Sequence record: KY608965.1
DNA from: Escherichia phage phiEC1
Strand: one strand, 5' to 3'
DNA length: 64,000 nucleotides
The notes below the pieces were generated by a model, which was not told the origin of the DNA, searched no databases, and saw only the letters and a list, made by a program, of their open reading frames with translations. The translations under genes were made by a program, and so were the position numbers. Below are positions 43,804 through 52,455 of this stretch, one piece after another (position 1 is the first letter of the stretch; every line of letters starts with the position of its first letter).

Positions 43804-43833
43804 ATTGTACCACAATCCTTGTGGTATGTAAAC
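43804..43833 (-). promoter_or_regulatory. Early promoter GTTTAC-N18-TACAAT with inverted repeat CCACAA/TTGTGG in the spacer, upstream of rnlA
   Basis: Minus-strand GTTTACATACCACAAGGATTGTGGTACAAT. Confidence 0.65.
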
Positions 43834-44243
43834 TACTTTTTCTTATGTTGGATATTCCAAGGCGGGTTGAACTTTTTGATAAAAAGTGGTTCTTCAAGGT
43901 CCATTGTTGCGATGGTCATTGAACCAAGTTCGTTAGTGACTGAAAGGTCAAAACATTGGCGGGCCCAGAATTCAACCTTTTTGCCTTGCATTAAGGCATC
44001 CAAAATCATAAGTGATTTTCTTGAATCTGAAGTCTGGTCTTTTCGATTTATGGCTGTTCGATAATAGTTAATGCGTTTCTTTAAATTCTTGGTTTTACCA
44101 ATATACACAAGTTCGTCATCTATAGCAATAGCATATATGACGTTTTTCTTATTAGGGACATCAACGGTTTTAATTGTTGCATCTTCTAATAGCTCCAATT
44201 CTATATATTTAATAAAGGAATATTCGGCGGCAATATCTTTCAT
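43833..44243 (-). CDS. denA: Endonuclease II (GIY-YIG family, host DNA degradation)
   Basis: 136 aa, near-identical to T4 EndoII as recalled (…YSFIKY.ELEL…NKKNVIYAIAIDDELVYIGKTKNL.KRINYYRTAINRKD…). Confidence 0.93.
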   Translation of the reverse strand: MKDIAAEYSFIKYIELELLEDATIKTVDVPNKKNVIYAIAIDDELVYIGKTKNLKKRINYYRTAINRKDQTSDSRKSLMILDALMQGKKVEFWARQCFDLSVTNELGSMTIATMDLEEPLFIKKFNPPWNIQHKKK

Positions 44244-44269
44244 AATAAAGTGGGACCGAAGTCCCGTCC

Positions 44270-45448
44270 TTAGAAATATTTTTTGTATGAATTGATTACA
44301 TTTTGGTCTACATCATTATCAATTTGTGCGACAAGATAAGAACTGATTTCAACTTCCTGAGGAGCTGCTTGAACTAAATCAGAGTTCAGATATTCACGAA
44401 TCCAAGGATACGGATGCTTGGTCGGAGCATCAGTGATTGGGCATGGCAAACCGCACTGTTTCATACGAGACACAGTCAAGTAATCAACAAAAGCACACAT
44501 ACTCTGCGTATTGATACCTGGACATGTACCATCTTTAAAGAGGTGTGCAGCCCATTCCTTCTCTTGACTATTTACTTCCATAAAGATATCTACTGCTTCT
44601 TGCTCACACTCTTTAGCAATTTGAACCCATTCATCCCCATCAACACCAAGTTGGAGCTGTCGAATAATGTACTGAGTGCCTTTAAGGTGGAGTTGTTCGT
44701 CACGAGCGATGAACTTCATAATCTTTGCATTACCTTCCATAATTTCCATGTTCTTATGGAAGTTGAAAGTACATGCAAAAGATACATAAAAACGAATAGC
44801 TTCTAAGGCGTTAATAACGTGTAAGCAGAGATAAAGAGACTTCATTAATGCACGTTTACATTCTTCCACATGCATAAGACTATTTGAATATGCATCCAAA
44901 TCATATTCATTTTCGGAAAAACATTTAAAAATTTCTTTAGCATTTTCCCATTCACGTGTTTTAACTAGAACATCATCATAATATTTGCCGATTGATTCCG
45001 CACGTTTCATAATTGCTTCATCTAATACAATCTCATCAAATACCTTCGATGGATCAGTATAAAGATTTCGCATGATATGAGTATATGAACGAGAGTGAAT
45101 GGTTTCACTGAATGTCCATGTAGCAACCCATGTATCTAATGAAGGGTCGGAAAGCAATGCCATAAGTACCGCAGATGGTGCCCTGCCTTGGATAGAATCC
45201 AATAATGATTGATACTTAAGGTTGTTCGTAAAGATGTTCTGTTGGAACTGTGGAAGCTTATTGAACTGCGCAGAGTCCAACATCAAGTTTACCTCTTCAG
45301 GGCGCCAAAAAAACGACAATTGCTTTTCAATAAGCTCTTCAAAAACTTTATGGCGTTGAATATCGTAACGCGCAAGGCCAAGACCAGAACCAAAGAACAT
45401 TGGTTCATTCAAAACATCAACTTTTTGGGTATTAAAAACTGTACTCAT
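44270..45448 (-). CDS. nrdB: Ribonucleotide reductase small subunit (uninterrupted)
   Basis: 392-aa contiguous ORF with di-iron/tyrosyl-radical R2 features; no intron-sized interruption. Confidence 0.95.
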   Translation of the reverse strand: MSTVFNTQKVDVLNEPMFFGSGLGLARYDIQRHKVFEELIEKQLSFFWRPEEVNLMLDSAQFNKLPQFQQNIFTNNLKYQSLLDSIQGRAPSAVLMALLSDPSLDTWVATWTFSETIHSRSYTHIMRNLYTDPSKVFDEIVLDEAIMKRAESIGKYYDDVLVKTREWENAKEIFKCFSENEYDLDAYSNSLMHVEECKRALMKSLYLCLHVINALEAIRFYVSFACTFNFHKNMEIMEGNAKIMKFIARDEQLHLKGTQYIIRQLQLGVDGDEWVQIAKECEQEAVDIFMEVNSQEKEWAAHLFKDGTCPGINTQSMCAFVDYLTVSRMKQCGLPCPITDAPTKHPYPWIREYLNSDLVQAAPQEVEISSYLVAQIDNDVDQNVINSYKKYF

Positions 45449-45464
45449 TATATTCTCTCAATAG

Positions 45465-45482
45465 TGACTCATCCATGAGTCA
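45465..45482. promoter_or_regulatory. Palindrome TGACTCAT-cc-ATGAGTCA about 17 nt upstream of the nrdB start
   Basis: 8-bp perfect inverted arms with 2-nt centre in the nrdA-nrdB intergenic spacer. Confidence 0.4.
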
Positions 45483-45498
45483 ATTATAAACAAAATTC

Positions 45499-47754
45499 TT
45501 AAAGCTTACAAGCGGAGCAATCTTCAGCTTTAGGCGTTTCTAACTCATAGTCATCTGTACCAGAACCATCTCGAGTGTTATGATAGTAAAGGTTCTTACC
45601 ACCAAAGTACCAGAAGTAAAGCAAGTCATCAAGCATTACAGACATTGGCACTTTGCCTTTCTCAAAGACTGAAGGGTCGTAGTATGTATTAGCAGAAGCA
45701 GATTGGCACACCCATTTTAACATGATAACAACTTGTGTCAGATAAGGCTTATTACCTTTCTTAGCGAGTTTCCACGCATAGTCATAAAGACCCATGTTGT
45801 GTTCAATATTAGGAACTACTTGACGGAAATTACCTTCTTTAGATTCTTTAATACTTACTGGGCCACGAGGTGGTTCAATACCATTTGTGCTATTTGAGAC
45901 CTGGCTGCTTGATTCGCATGGCATGAGAGCACTGAGTGTACTGTTACGAATCCCGTGTTCTTTAAGTTCGGCTCGTAGTTCTTCCCAATCACATACATAG
46001 TTTGGGGCTGCGATTTGGTCAATCTTTTTATTGTACCAGTCGATAGGTAATTCGCCTCGAGACCATTTAGTGTCTGAATAATACTCGCAACGTCCTTTTT
46101 CTTTGGCAAGTTTGATTGACGCTTTGATAAGGCCATATTGTAATCTCTCAAACAATTCATGAGTCAAATCGTTAGCATCTTCGTATGAAGCAAAGTTAGA
46201 AGCCAACCAGGCTGCATAGTTAGTAACACCAACACCTAGGTTTCGACGCTTTTTAGCTTTTAAAGCTTCTGGAACCGGATAGTCTTGATAGTCTAACAAG
46301 TTATCAAGTGCACGTACTTGCACTTCAGCAAGTTCATTAATTTTATCTTGGTCTTGCCAATCAAATTTATCAAGAACAAAAGCAGAAAGAGTGCAAAGTC
46401 CAATTTCAGCATCAGGACTATTAACATCATTAGTTGGAATAGCTATTTCACAACATAGATTGCTCTGACGAATAGGAGCTTTTTCACGAATAAACGGGGT
46501 GTAGTTATTCGTGTTATCAACAAACTGTGGATAAATTCGAGCAGTGCCAGAACGTTCAGTCATGAACAATTCAAAGAGTTCTAGTGCTTTGATTCTTTTC
46601 TTTCTGATTGTTGGGTCTTTTTCAGCTTTCTCATAAAGCTCACGGAATTTATCTTGATCTTCAAAGAACGAGTAGTATAGTTCGCCTGACATTTCGTGAG
46701 GGCTAAATAAAGTAATATAATCATTTTTACCAAGGCGTTCCATCATAAGGTCATTAATCTGAATTCCGTAGTCCATATGTCTAATACGGTTTTCATCCAC
46801 GCCTTTGTTATTTTTCAGAACCAACAGGTTCTCTACTTCTAAGTGCCACATCGGATAATACGCTGTAGCAGCACCACCACGAATACCACCTTGAGAACAA
46901 GATTTTACTGCAGTTTGGAAATGTTTCCAGAATGGAATAACACCAGTATGTCGAACTTCACCCATACCAATCTTAGAACCTTCTGCACGAAGCATACCAA
47001 CGTTGATACCGATACCAGCTCGTTTAGAAATATATTCAATAATTGATGCTGAAGTTTTGTTAATAGATTTTAACGAATCACCGGCTTCAATAACTACACA
47101 ACTAGAGAACTGGCGGGTTGGAGTACGAGCACCTGCCATAATTGGGGTTGGCAATGAAACTTGATGAGTAGAAACGGCATCATAAAAACGAATAATATGT
47201 TTCAAACGGTCATGAGTTTCGTCTTGATGTAAGGCCATGCCAATAGCCATGATAGCAAACTGTGGAGTTTCATAAATCTTCCCAGTTGTTTTATCTTTAA
47301 CTAGATATTTTTCTTTAAGCTGCATAGCACCAGCATAAGTCAGGTCAAAGTCTCGTTCATGTTTAATCTGTGAATCGAGATAAATGATTTCTTCTGCTGA
47401 ATATTGAGACAACAGCTCAGGGTCATATTTGCCTTCATTAACACAATAAGAAATATGGTCGATAAAAGCAGGTGGTTCAAACTGCCCATACACATCTTTA
47501 CGAAGTGCAAACATTAATCCTTTAGCGGCAACATATTGATAGTCAGGTTCTTCGACAGAAATCAAGTTAGCTGCAACTTTAATACAAATCTTCTGGATAT
47601 CTTTGGTGCTCATCCCATCAACCAGATGAGTCTTAATTTCTTCATACAATTCGTATGGGTCGATTTGTGTTCCTTCACACTGCCAAGTTAAGACTTGAAT
47701 AATTTTCTGTGCATCAAAATTTTGGGATACACCACTGCTCTTAGTTACTTGCAT
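45499..47754 (-). CDS. nrdA: Ribonucleotide reductase large subunit
   Basis: 751 aa class Ia R1, colinear with T4 NrdA. Confidence 0.96.
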   Translation of the reverse strand: MQVTKSSGVSQNFDAQKIIQVLTWQCEGTQIDPYELYEEIKTHLVDGMSTKDIQKICIKVAANLISVEEPDYQYVAAKGLMFALRKDVYGQFEPPAFIDHISYCVNEGKYDPELLSQYSAEEIIYLDSQIKHERDFDLTYAGAMQLKEKYLVKDKTTGKIYETPQFAIMAIGMALHQDETHDRLKHIIRFYDAVSTHQVSLPTPIMAGARTPTRQFSSCVVIEAGDSLKSINKTSASIIEYISKRAGIGINVGMLRAEGSKIGMGEVRHTGVIPFWKHFQTAVKSCSQGGIRGGAATAYYPMWHLEVENLLVLKNNKGVDENRIRHMDYGIQINDLMMERLGKNDYITLFSPHEMSGELYYSFFEDQDKFRELYEKAEKDPTIRKKRIKALELFELFMTERSGTARIYPQFVDNTNNYTPFIREKAPIRQSNLCCEIAIPTNDVNSPDAEIGLCTLSAFVLDKFDWQDQDKINELAEVQVRALDNLLDYQDYPVPEALKAKKRRNLGVGVTNYAAWLASNFASYEDANDLTHELFERLQYGLIKASIKLAKEKGRCEYYSDTKWSRGELPIDWYNKKIDQIAAPNYVCDWEELRAELKEHGIRNSTLSALMPCESSSQVSNSTNGIEPPRGPVSIKESKEGNFRQVVPNIEHNMGLYDYAWKLAKKGNKPYLTQVVIMLKWVCQSASANTYYDPSVFEKGKVPMSVMLDDLLYFWYFGGKNLYYHNTRDGSGTDDYELETPKAEDCSACKL

Positions 47755-47841
47755 ATATTCCTCAGTATAGGTTGATAGACATTACTCCAAACGGGATAGT
47801 ATTTATCCCGTTAATTTATTATACACTTTTAAACTGAAGCG

Positions 47842-48096
47842 TTAATTATCCTCAGCAATAATTTCTTCATATTCTTTAGGAGTCAAGACTGTAATATCGA
47901 AATAAACCAGAGGCTCTTTTTCCATACCGAATCCACCACAGAATTCACGATATTCATAAATTCGTTCATGTGAATGGCAAATGAATCGTTCACCTTTAAC
48001 TGTGATTTCACTATTCGGTGAAGGGATATCCAGTTCACTTGGATTTTTCATTTCAAAAATTGTGGTGCCATATGAATTAATAAAACGTAAAATCAT
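47842..48096 (-). CDS. Hypothetical protein (nrdA.1-like)
   Basis: Start trimmed to MILRFINSYG…, 1 nt after the td stop (TAAAATG). Confidence 0.55.
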   Translation of the reverse strand: MILRFINSYGTTIFEMKNPSELDIPSPNSEITVKGERFICHSHERIYEYREFCGGFGMEKEPLVYFDITVLTPKEYEEIIAEDN

Positions 48097-48097
48097 T

Positions 48098-48958
48098 TTA
48101 TACCGCCATTTTAGCTTTGATAGCTGGATGTGATTCGTAATTTTTAAGAATGAAATCACTCGGATTCATATGCTCTGTTACCCAATGAAGCTGTAATGTC
48201 GTGCTCCAATCAGAGAATCCTTCAGGCCAATCAATTTTAAGTTCACACAGTTCTTTAGGCTCACGACGAAGAACTTCTTTGCATTGTTCTACATGATTGC
48301 TGTAGATATGCGTGTTGCCGCCTGAGAACACTAAATCACCTGGGATAAGATTACACATCTTCGCTACGATATGAGTCAAGGCAGCGTATGAGGCAATATT
48401 AAACGGTAGTCCTAAGAATACATCTACTGAACGTTGATACCATTGCAGGTCAAGATGACCATTACGTACGTTGAACTGATAAAACATATGACATGGAGGA
48501 AGAGCCATTTGGTCGATTTCAGCCGGGTTCCATGCAGAAACAATTTGACGTCTGTCATTAGGAAGAGCTTTAATACGATCGATAGTTTTAACCAATTGGT
48601 CCACACCACCGAAATCACGCCATTGTTTACCATATATAGGACCAAGTTCACCACTATGATAACCAAGGTCTTTTGCCTGATTTTCGTAATTATCGTCCCA
48701 AATAGTTTTACCTTCAATAAGGCTACCATGAGTACGAAGACGTAAATCATTAACGTTGGTAGAACCAGATATAAACCAAAGTAATTCAGCGATACAAGCT
48801 TTCCATGCCAGTTTCTTAGTTGTTACTGCAGGAAATCCTTTAGTCAGGTCCCAACGCAATTTAGTCCCGAAAAGAGCAATAGTGCCTGTACCTGTACGGT
48901 CGTCTGTTTCATAGCCATTTTCTAGGATATCATTAATCAGGTATTGGTATTGTTTCAT
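48098..48958 (-). CDS. td: Thymidylate synthase (uninterrupted)
   Basis: 286 aa contiguous; active-site region …ALPPCHMFYQFNV…; overlaps frd stop. Confidence 0.96.
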   Translation of the reverse strand: MKQYQYLINDILENGYETDDRTGTGTIALFGTKLRWDLTKGFPAVTTKKLAWKACIAELLWFISGSTNVNDLRLRTHGSLIEGKTIWDDNYENQAKDLGYHSGELGPIYGKQWRDFGGVDQLVKTIDRIKALPNDRRQIVSAWNPAEIDQMALPPCHMFYQFNVRNGHLDLQWYQRSVDVFLGLPFNIASYAALTHIVAKMCNLIPGDLVFSGGNTHIYSNHVEQCKEVLRREPKELCELKIDWPEGFSDWSTTLQLHWVTEHMNPSDFILKNYESHPAIKAKMAV

Positions 48959-49542
48959 TTATACACACTCTCAGTAATTTCGGTGAGTTCATCGATTCTG
49001 TAGTAATGAGATTCTACCATAGAACGTTGAAGCATAATATCTTGGACGAAATCTTTATCAAGTTGAACATCGGAATTAACACGACATTTCTTAATGATTT
49101 TAGTCATCACGATTTCATCGGCATAAGGCAGTGCTTGTTTTAATAAAGCAGGACCGCCAATAACCGAGACATCAACATGTTCAGTAGAAAGTTTAAACGG
49201 TACGTCAGTTGCAGGGCTAAACAGGTTAATTTCGCCACCGGTTACCAAGGTAATAAATTCAGATTGGGTGATATAGAACCGTGCAAGTTCGTCGCTTTTA
49301 GTCCTAGGCAGTTTTCTAGACATATCGGTGACAACTACATGAGTACGATCTGGGAGTAGACGAGGTAATGATGCAAAAGTCTTAGCACCCATAACCATTA
49401 CAGTGTTTTTAGTGCGAGCAACAAAGTTACTCATATCTTGTTTGATATGCTTCCATGGAAGTCCATCACCTAATCCAAAAGCATATTCCAGTTTATCATC
49501 AACTGTTTTAGATGGTGCGCATGCGAATACTAATTTAAGCAT
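48955..49542 (-). CDS. frd: Dihydrofolate reductase
   Basis: 195 aa, colinear with T4 Frd. Confidence 0.93.
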   Translation of the reverse strand: MLKLVFACAPSKTVDDKLEYAFGLGDGLPWKHIKQDMSNFVARTKNTVMVMGAKTFASLPRLLPDRTHVVVTDMSRKLPRTKSDELARFYITQSEFITLVTGGEINLFSPATDVPFKLSTEHVDVSVIGGPALLKQALPYADEIVMTKIIKKCRVNSDVQLDKDFVQDIMLQRSMVESHYYRIDELTEITESVYK

Positions 49543-49544
49543 TT

Positions 49545-49793
49545 TTATTTCCTCAGATTTTTCTTAACAACTTTCCAATCAGCTTTAAACGATTCAACAT
49601 CAGAGTGGCAAATCCAGAATCCTGCGCTTTCGCCGTCTTCATAAAGTGGACATCCATCACATTCTTCATTCCAGCCCATTTCACGTAAAGCTGCTTCAGC
49701 TTGTTCAAGGAGTTCAGCATCTTTATCAAGGATGTTGAAGTACCATTTGCCTTTAACTTCAGAATCGTTAATGCTTTGGCGTTGTAATTTCAT
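49545..49793 (-). CDS. Hypothetical protein (frd.1-like), Cys-containing
   Basis: 82-aa ORF immediately upstream of frd, with early promoter cassette upstream. Confidence 0.6.
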   Translation of the reverse strand: MKLQRQSINDSEVKGKWYFNILDKDAELLEQAEAALREMGWNEECDGCPLYEDGESAGFWICHSDVESFKADWKVVKKNLRK

Positions 49794-49822
49794 TTTATTC
49801 TCCGTTGCTTCATTTGTTTTGA

Positions 49823-49859
49823 CAGGGTAATAGTATCACACCATTACCCTGTTGTATAC
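49823..49859 (-). promoter_or_regulatory. Early promoter cassette (GTATAC-N18-TACTAT) with 9-bp inverted repeat CAGGGTAAT/ATTACCCTG straddling the -10
   Basis: Minus-strand GTATACAACAGGGTAATGGTGTGATACTATTACCCTG. Confidence 0.55.
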
Positions 49860-50221
49860 TATTTTATTCCAAAAATTTCTTTAATTTCTGCAATCACATC
49901 TCGAGCATTTTCCGTAGTCACTTCAAAGATGAGTGATTGTTTAGAAATAGACTCTGGAGATACCTCGATGAAGTGTTTAAACTCATCATCATAAAGCTCA
50001 AAATATGAACCTGGCTTACCATCAAAACCGAATTCAGTACCGTCTCGCATAGTTACACGGGTTACACATTTATCATCATCATAATCTGTGTTCATGTCTT
50101 TTACAACAAAACTAGGACCATGAAGCTCAATCAAAGCCAGCATATCGGCGTTTTGTGGGCATTCATTGGCGAAGATAGCTTTACATTCTGGATTGATGAT
50201 ATAAGTTTTTCCAATTTTCAT
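49859..50221 (-). CDS. Hypothetical protein, paralogue A of a tandem pair (frd.2/frd.3 position)
   Basis: 120 aa; shares M.IGK.YIINP.(F/C)K..FANEC……ML.LIE.HGPSFVV…RVTM.DGTE… with the neighbouring ORF. Confidence 0.65.
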   Translation of the reverse strand: MKIGKTYIINPECKAIFANECPQNADMLALIELHGPSFVVKDMNTDYDDDKCVTRVTMRDGTEFGFDGKPGSYFELYDDEFKHFIEVSPESISKQSLIFEVTTENARDVIAEIKEIFGIK

Positions 50222-50244
50222 TTTGATTTCCTCTCATTTGTTTT

Positions 50245-50283
50245 GATAGGATTACTATAACATAGTCCTATCTTTTTGTATAC
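50245..50283 (-). promoter_or_regulatory. Early promoter cassette (GTATAC-N18-TATAGT) with 7-bp inverted repeat GATAGGA/TCCTATC around the -10
   Basis: Minus-strand GTATACAAAAAGATAGGACTATGTTATAGTAATCCTATC. Confidence 0.55.
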
Positions 50284-50669
50284 TACTTTTTAAAAGTTTT
50301 TTGCAAAAGTTTGATGATTTCGTCGACGTTGGTTTCATCTACGATACAATGGATTTTTGTTACACCTAAAGTTATACCTTCGTTAGTAGATTGAGGCTTT
50401 TCTAAAGTTACCTCAGTAAAGTATTTGAATTCTTCAGAGTAAATCTCAAAATACGTCTCAAGTGGGCCACCAGCCATGTATTCAGTGCCGTCTTCCATAG
50501 TTACACGTACCACACAGTCACCAGCACAATCATCACTTTCCATTTCATCTACAACAAAACTAGGTCCGTGCTTCTCTATTAAATTTAGCATCATTACATT
50601 GCAACGGCACTCGTTAGCAAAGTCATCTTTAAATAAAGGGTTAATGATATAAGATTTTCCGATTTCCAT
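50283..50669 (-). CDS. Hypothetical protein, paralogue B of a tandem pair
   Basis: 128 aa; see paralogue A. Confidence 0.65.
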   Translation of the reverse strand: MEIGKSYIINPLFKDDFANECRCNVMMLNLIEKHGPSFVVDEMESDDCAGDCVVRVTMEDGTEYMAGGPLETYFEIYSEEFKYFTEVTLEKPQSTNEGITLGVTKIHCIVDETNVDEIIKLLQKTFKK

Positions 50670-50698
50670 TTTGATTTCCTCATGTTGTTGATAGGTCT

Positions 50699-50727
50699 AT
50701 ACTAACACATTCAGGGAAGAAGTAAAC
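50699..50727 (-). promoter_or_regulatory. Early promoter GTTTAC-N17-TAGTAT upstream of paralogue B
   Basis: Minus-strand GTTTACTTCTTCCCTGAATGTGTTAGTAT, downstream of the gene 32 terminator. Confidence 0.55.
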
Positions 50728-50750
50728 AACTTTTTCAGCAATTTACAGAT

Positions 50751-50776
50751 ACTCAAAAGGGAGACCGAAGTCTCCC
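50751..50776 (-). terminator. Rho-independent terminator after gene 32 (GGGAGACTTCGGTCTCCC + TTTTGAG)
   Basis: Same hairpin as after genes 23 and 35, here in minus orientation. Confidence 0.75.
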
Positions 50777-50782
50777 GATTTA

Positions 50783-51685
50783 TTATAGACCAGCTAACAG
50801 GTCATCGAGGTCGCCATCATCAGAGGATGAGGTAGAGCTCATGAAGTCATCTTCAGTTTTTGCAGAACTAAAGGCTTCCATGTCTTTATCAAAATCGTCA
50901 AGGTCAGAAGCAACTTTATCTGCAACAGAAGCTGCTGCGGCTGCTGCACCACCAAGAGCGGCAGTACCAAGAACCTTAGCGAAAGATTCATTTAATTTTT
51001 CAAAGGACTTGAACTGGTCTTTAGCCGTCAAAGTAGTAAGGTCTACCATCTGGTCATATAGTTCTTTCTGGAATGCTTCGTCATTAATACGAGGAATTTC
51101 AGATTGACCCAAGAATTTAGATTCGTCGTAGTTGCTAAAACCAGAAACCTGCTTAGCTTTCAGAACGAAGTTGGCACCTTCAAACGGACAAGTAACATCA
51201 ACCGGAGTTTCACCCATTTCGGTATCAACTGCAATCATTGCATTGATTTTGTCCCAAATCTTTTTACCGAAACGATATTTAAATACTTTACCTTCGTTAT
51301 CTGGAGCTTGAGGGTCTTTAACAACCAGAATATTAGCCCAATAAGAAGTTTTACGTTTCAGTTGAGAATATTCAGTTTTGTTGGTATTGTACAGGTCATT
51401 TTTACTAATGTACTGACATACAGGACAAGAGTCGTAATCACCATGTGTAGAAGAGCAATTTTCAATATACCATTTACCATTTTTCTTGAAACCGTGGTTA
51501 ACAAGAATTGCAAATGGTAGTGCGTCATCAGTTTTTGCTGGCAGGAAACGAATTACCGCTTGACCATTACCTGATGCATCTAGCTTCAGCTTCCATTCGC
51601 CTTTATCTTCTGAAGAGAAACCTTTGTTACCGTTCAGTTTAGCCATTTGAGCAGCGAGGTCAGCAGTAGATTTACGTTTAAACAT
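50783..51685 (-). CDS. 32: Single-stranded DNA-binding protein gp32
   Basis: 300 aa, near-identical to T4 gp32 as recalled ([35 protein letters not shown]…); acidic C-terminus. Confidence 0.97.
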   Translation of the reverse strand: MFKRKSTADLAAQMAKLNGNKGFSSEDKGEWKLKLDASGNGQAVIRFLPAKTDDALPFAILVNHGFKKNGKWYIENCSSTHGDYDSCPVCQYISKNDLYNTNKTEYSQLKRKTSYWANILVVKDPQAPDNEGKVFKYRFGKKIWDKINAMIAVDTEMGETPVDVTCPFEGANFVLKAKQVSGFSNYDESKFLGQSEIPRINDEAFQKELYDQMVDLTTLTAKDQFKSFEKLNESFAKVLGTAALGGAAAAAASVADKVASDLDDFDKDMEAFSSAKTEDDFMSSTSSSDDGDLDDLLAGL

Positions 51686-51801
51686 TATATTTACCTTTAT
51701 TTAGATTATTTAATTTATTTACAGTTGGTTGCTACGACACTTATACCTCGTAGCTGGTATGATTTATTTATAAAGTAATTTTAACACACAAGAAATAAAG
51801 C
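51686..51801 (-). promoter_or_regulatory. Gene 32 leader: hairpin plus long A/U-rich unstructured 5' UTR (autoregulatory translational operator-like), with TATAAATA-type element
   Basis: Minus-strand …CTACGAGGTATAAGTGTCGTAG CAACCAACTG TAAATAAATTAAATAATCTAAATAAAGGTAAATATA-ATG. Confidence 0.5.
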
Positions 51802-52455
51802 TTAATACTTACATGATTTGATTGTTTCTATGAACAATTTCTTAGCAGCATTTCCATCGATTTGAAGTATTTTTCGATATGCCTTTAATTTGGTAGAATA
51901 ATTTTGCCAGACTAAATTGTCAGTAAGTTCGTCATGCTTATCTATAATATTCAAGAATGAATCCAACAACAAGAAGGTTTCAAATGAAATTATATTGCTT
52001 TGTAGCAATTTGAATATGTAGCTCGACTGAACGTTGTTATTATAATCAAATATCTCTTGAAGCGCACTAACTTCAACTTTCTTACTGAAATAGTAGATGT
52101 TACGTACGTCTTCGGCAAATGTCTCTTTAGCTTGTTTGAGACGTCCAATATATTCCCTATAGAAAACTAATGCATCAGCGTCTGATATCTCACCAATCCA
52201 TGCGTCTTGGTTAGCAACTAAGTTGCTTATGAATATCAAGGTGAGTTCCTTCAATTTATATTTCTCTGCTAGTTTTTCAAAGAAATATTTATCTCGGCGT
52301 TTTTGATACGCATTATCCGAAACACGCATGCACCAGTTATATTTGATTACGTCATACCGACCACCAAAATGGTTTTTGCACATCAAGTATAGTTTATATA
52401 CCGATTTTCCATTAATATAACGTTCTCCATCAGGAGGCATGCGTATTTTAATCAT
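51802..52455 (-). CDS. 59: gp59 helicase-loading protein
   Basis: 217 aa, colinear with T4 gp59. Confidence 0.92.
   Translation of the reverse strand: MIKIRMPPDGERYINGKSVYKLYLMCKNHFGGRYDVIKYNWCMRVSDNAYQKRRDKYFFEKLAEKYKLKELTLIFISNLVANQDAWIGEISDADALVFYREYIGRLKQAKETFAEDVRNIYYFSKKVEVSALQEIFDYNNNVQSSYIFKLLQSNIISFETFLLLDSFLNIIDKHDELTDNLVWQNYSTKLKAYRKILQIDGNAAKKLFIETIKSCKY

Noticed and set aside
45855-47046. Antisense/alternative-frame ORFs (101 aa minus, 67 aa plus) within nrdA
   Set aside because: Embedded in the conserved class Ia R1 coding sequence; no signals; artefacts.
44270-48958. Possible group I introns in td or nrdB (expected from T4)
   Set aside because: Both genes are single uninterrupted ORFs of full length; no intron-sized insertion or internal endonuclease ORF is present.
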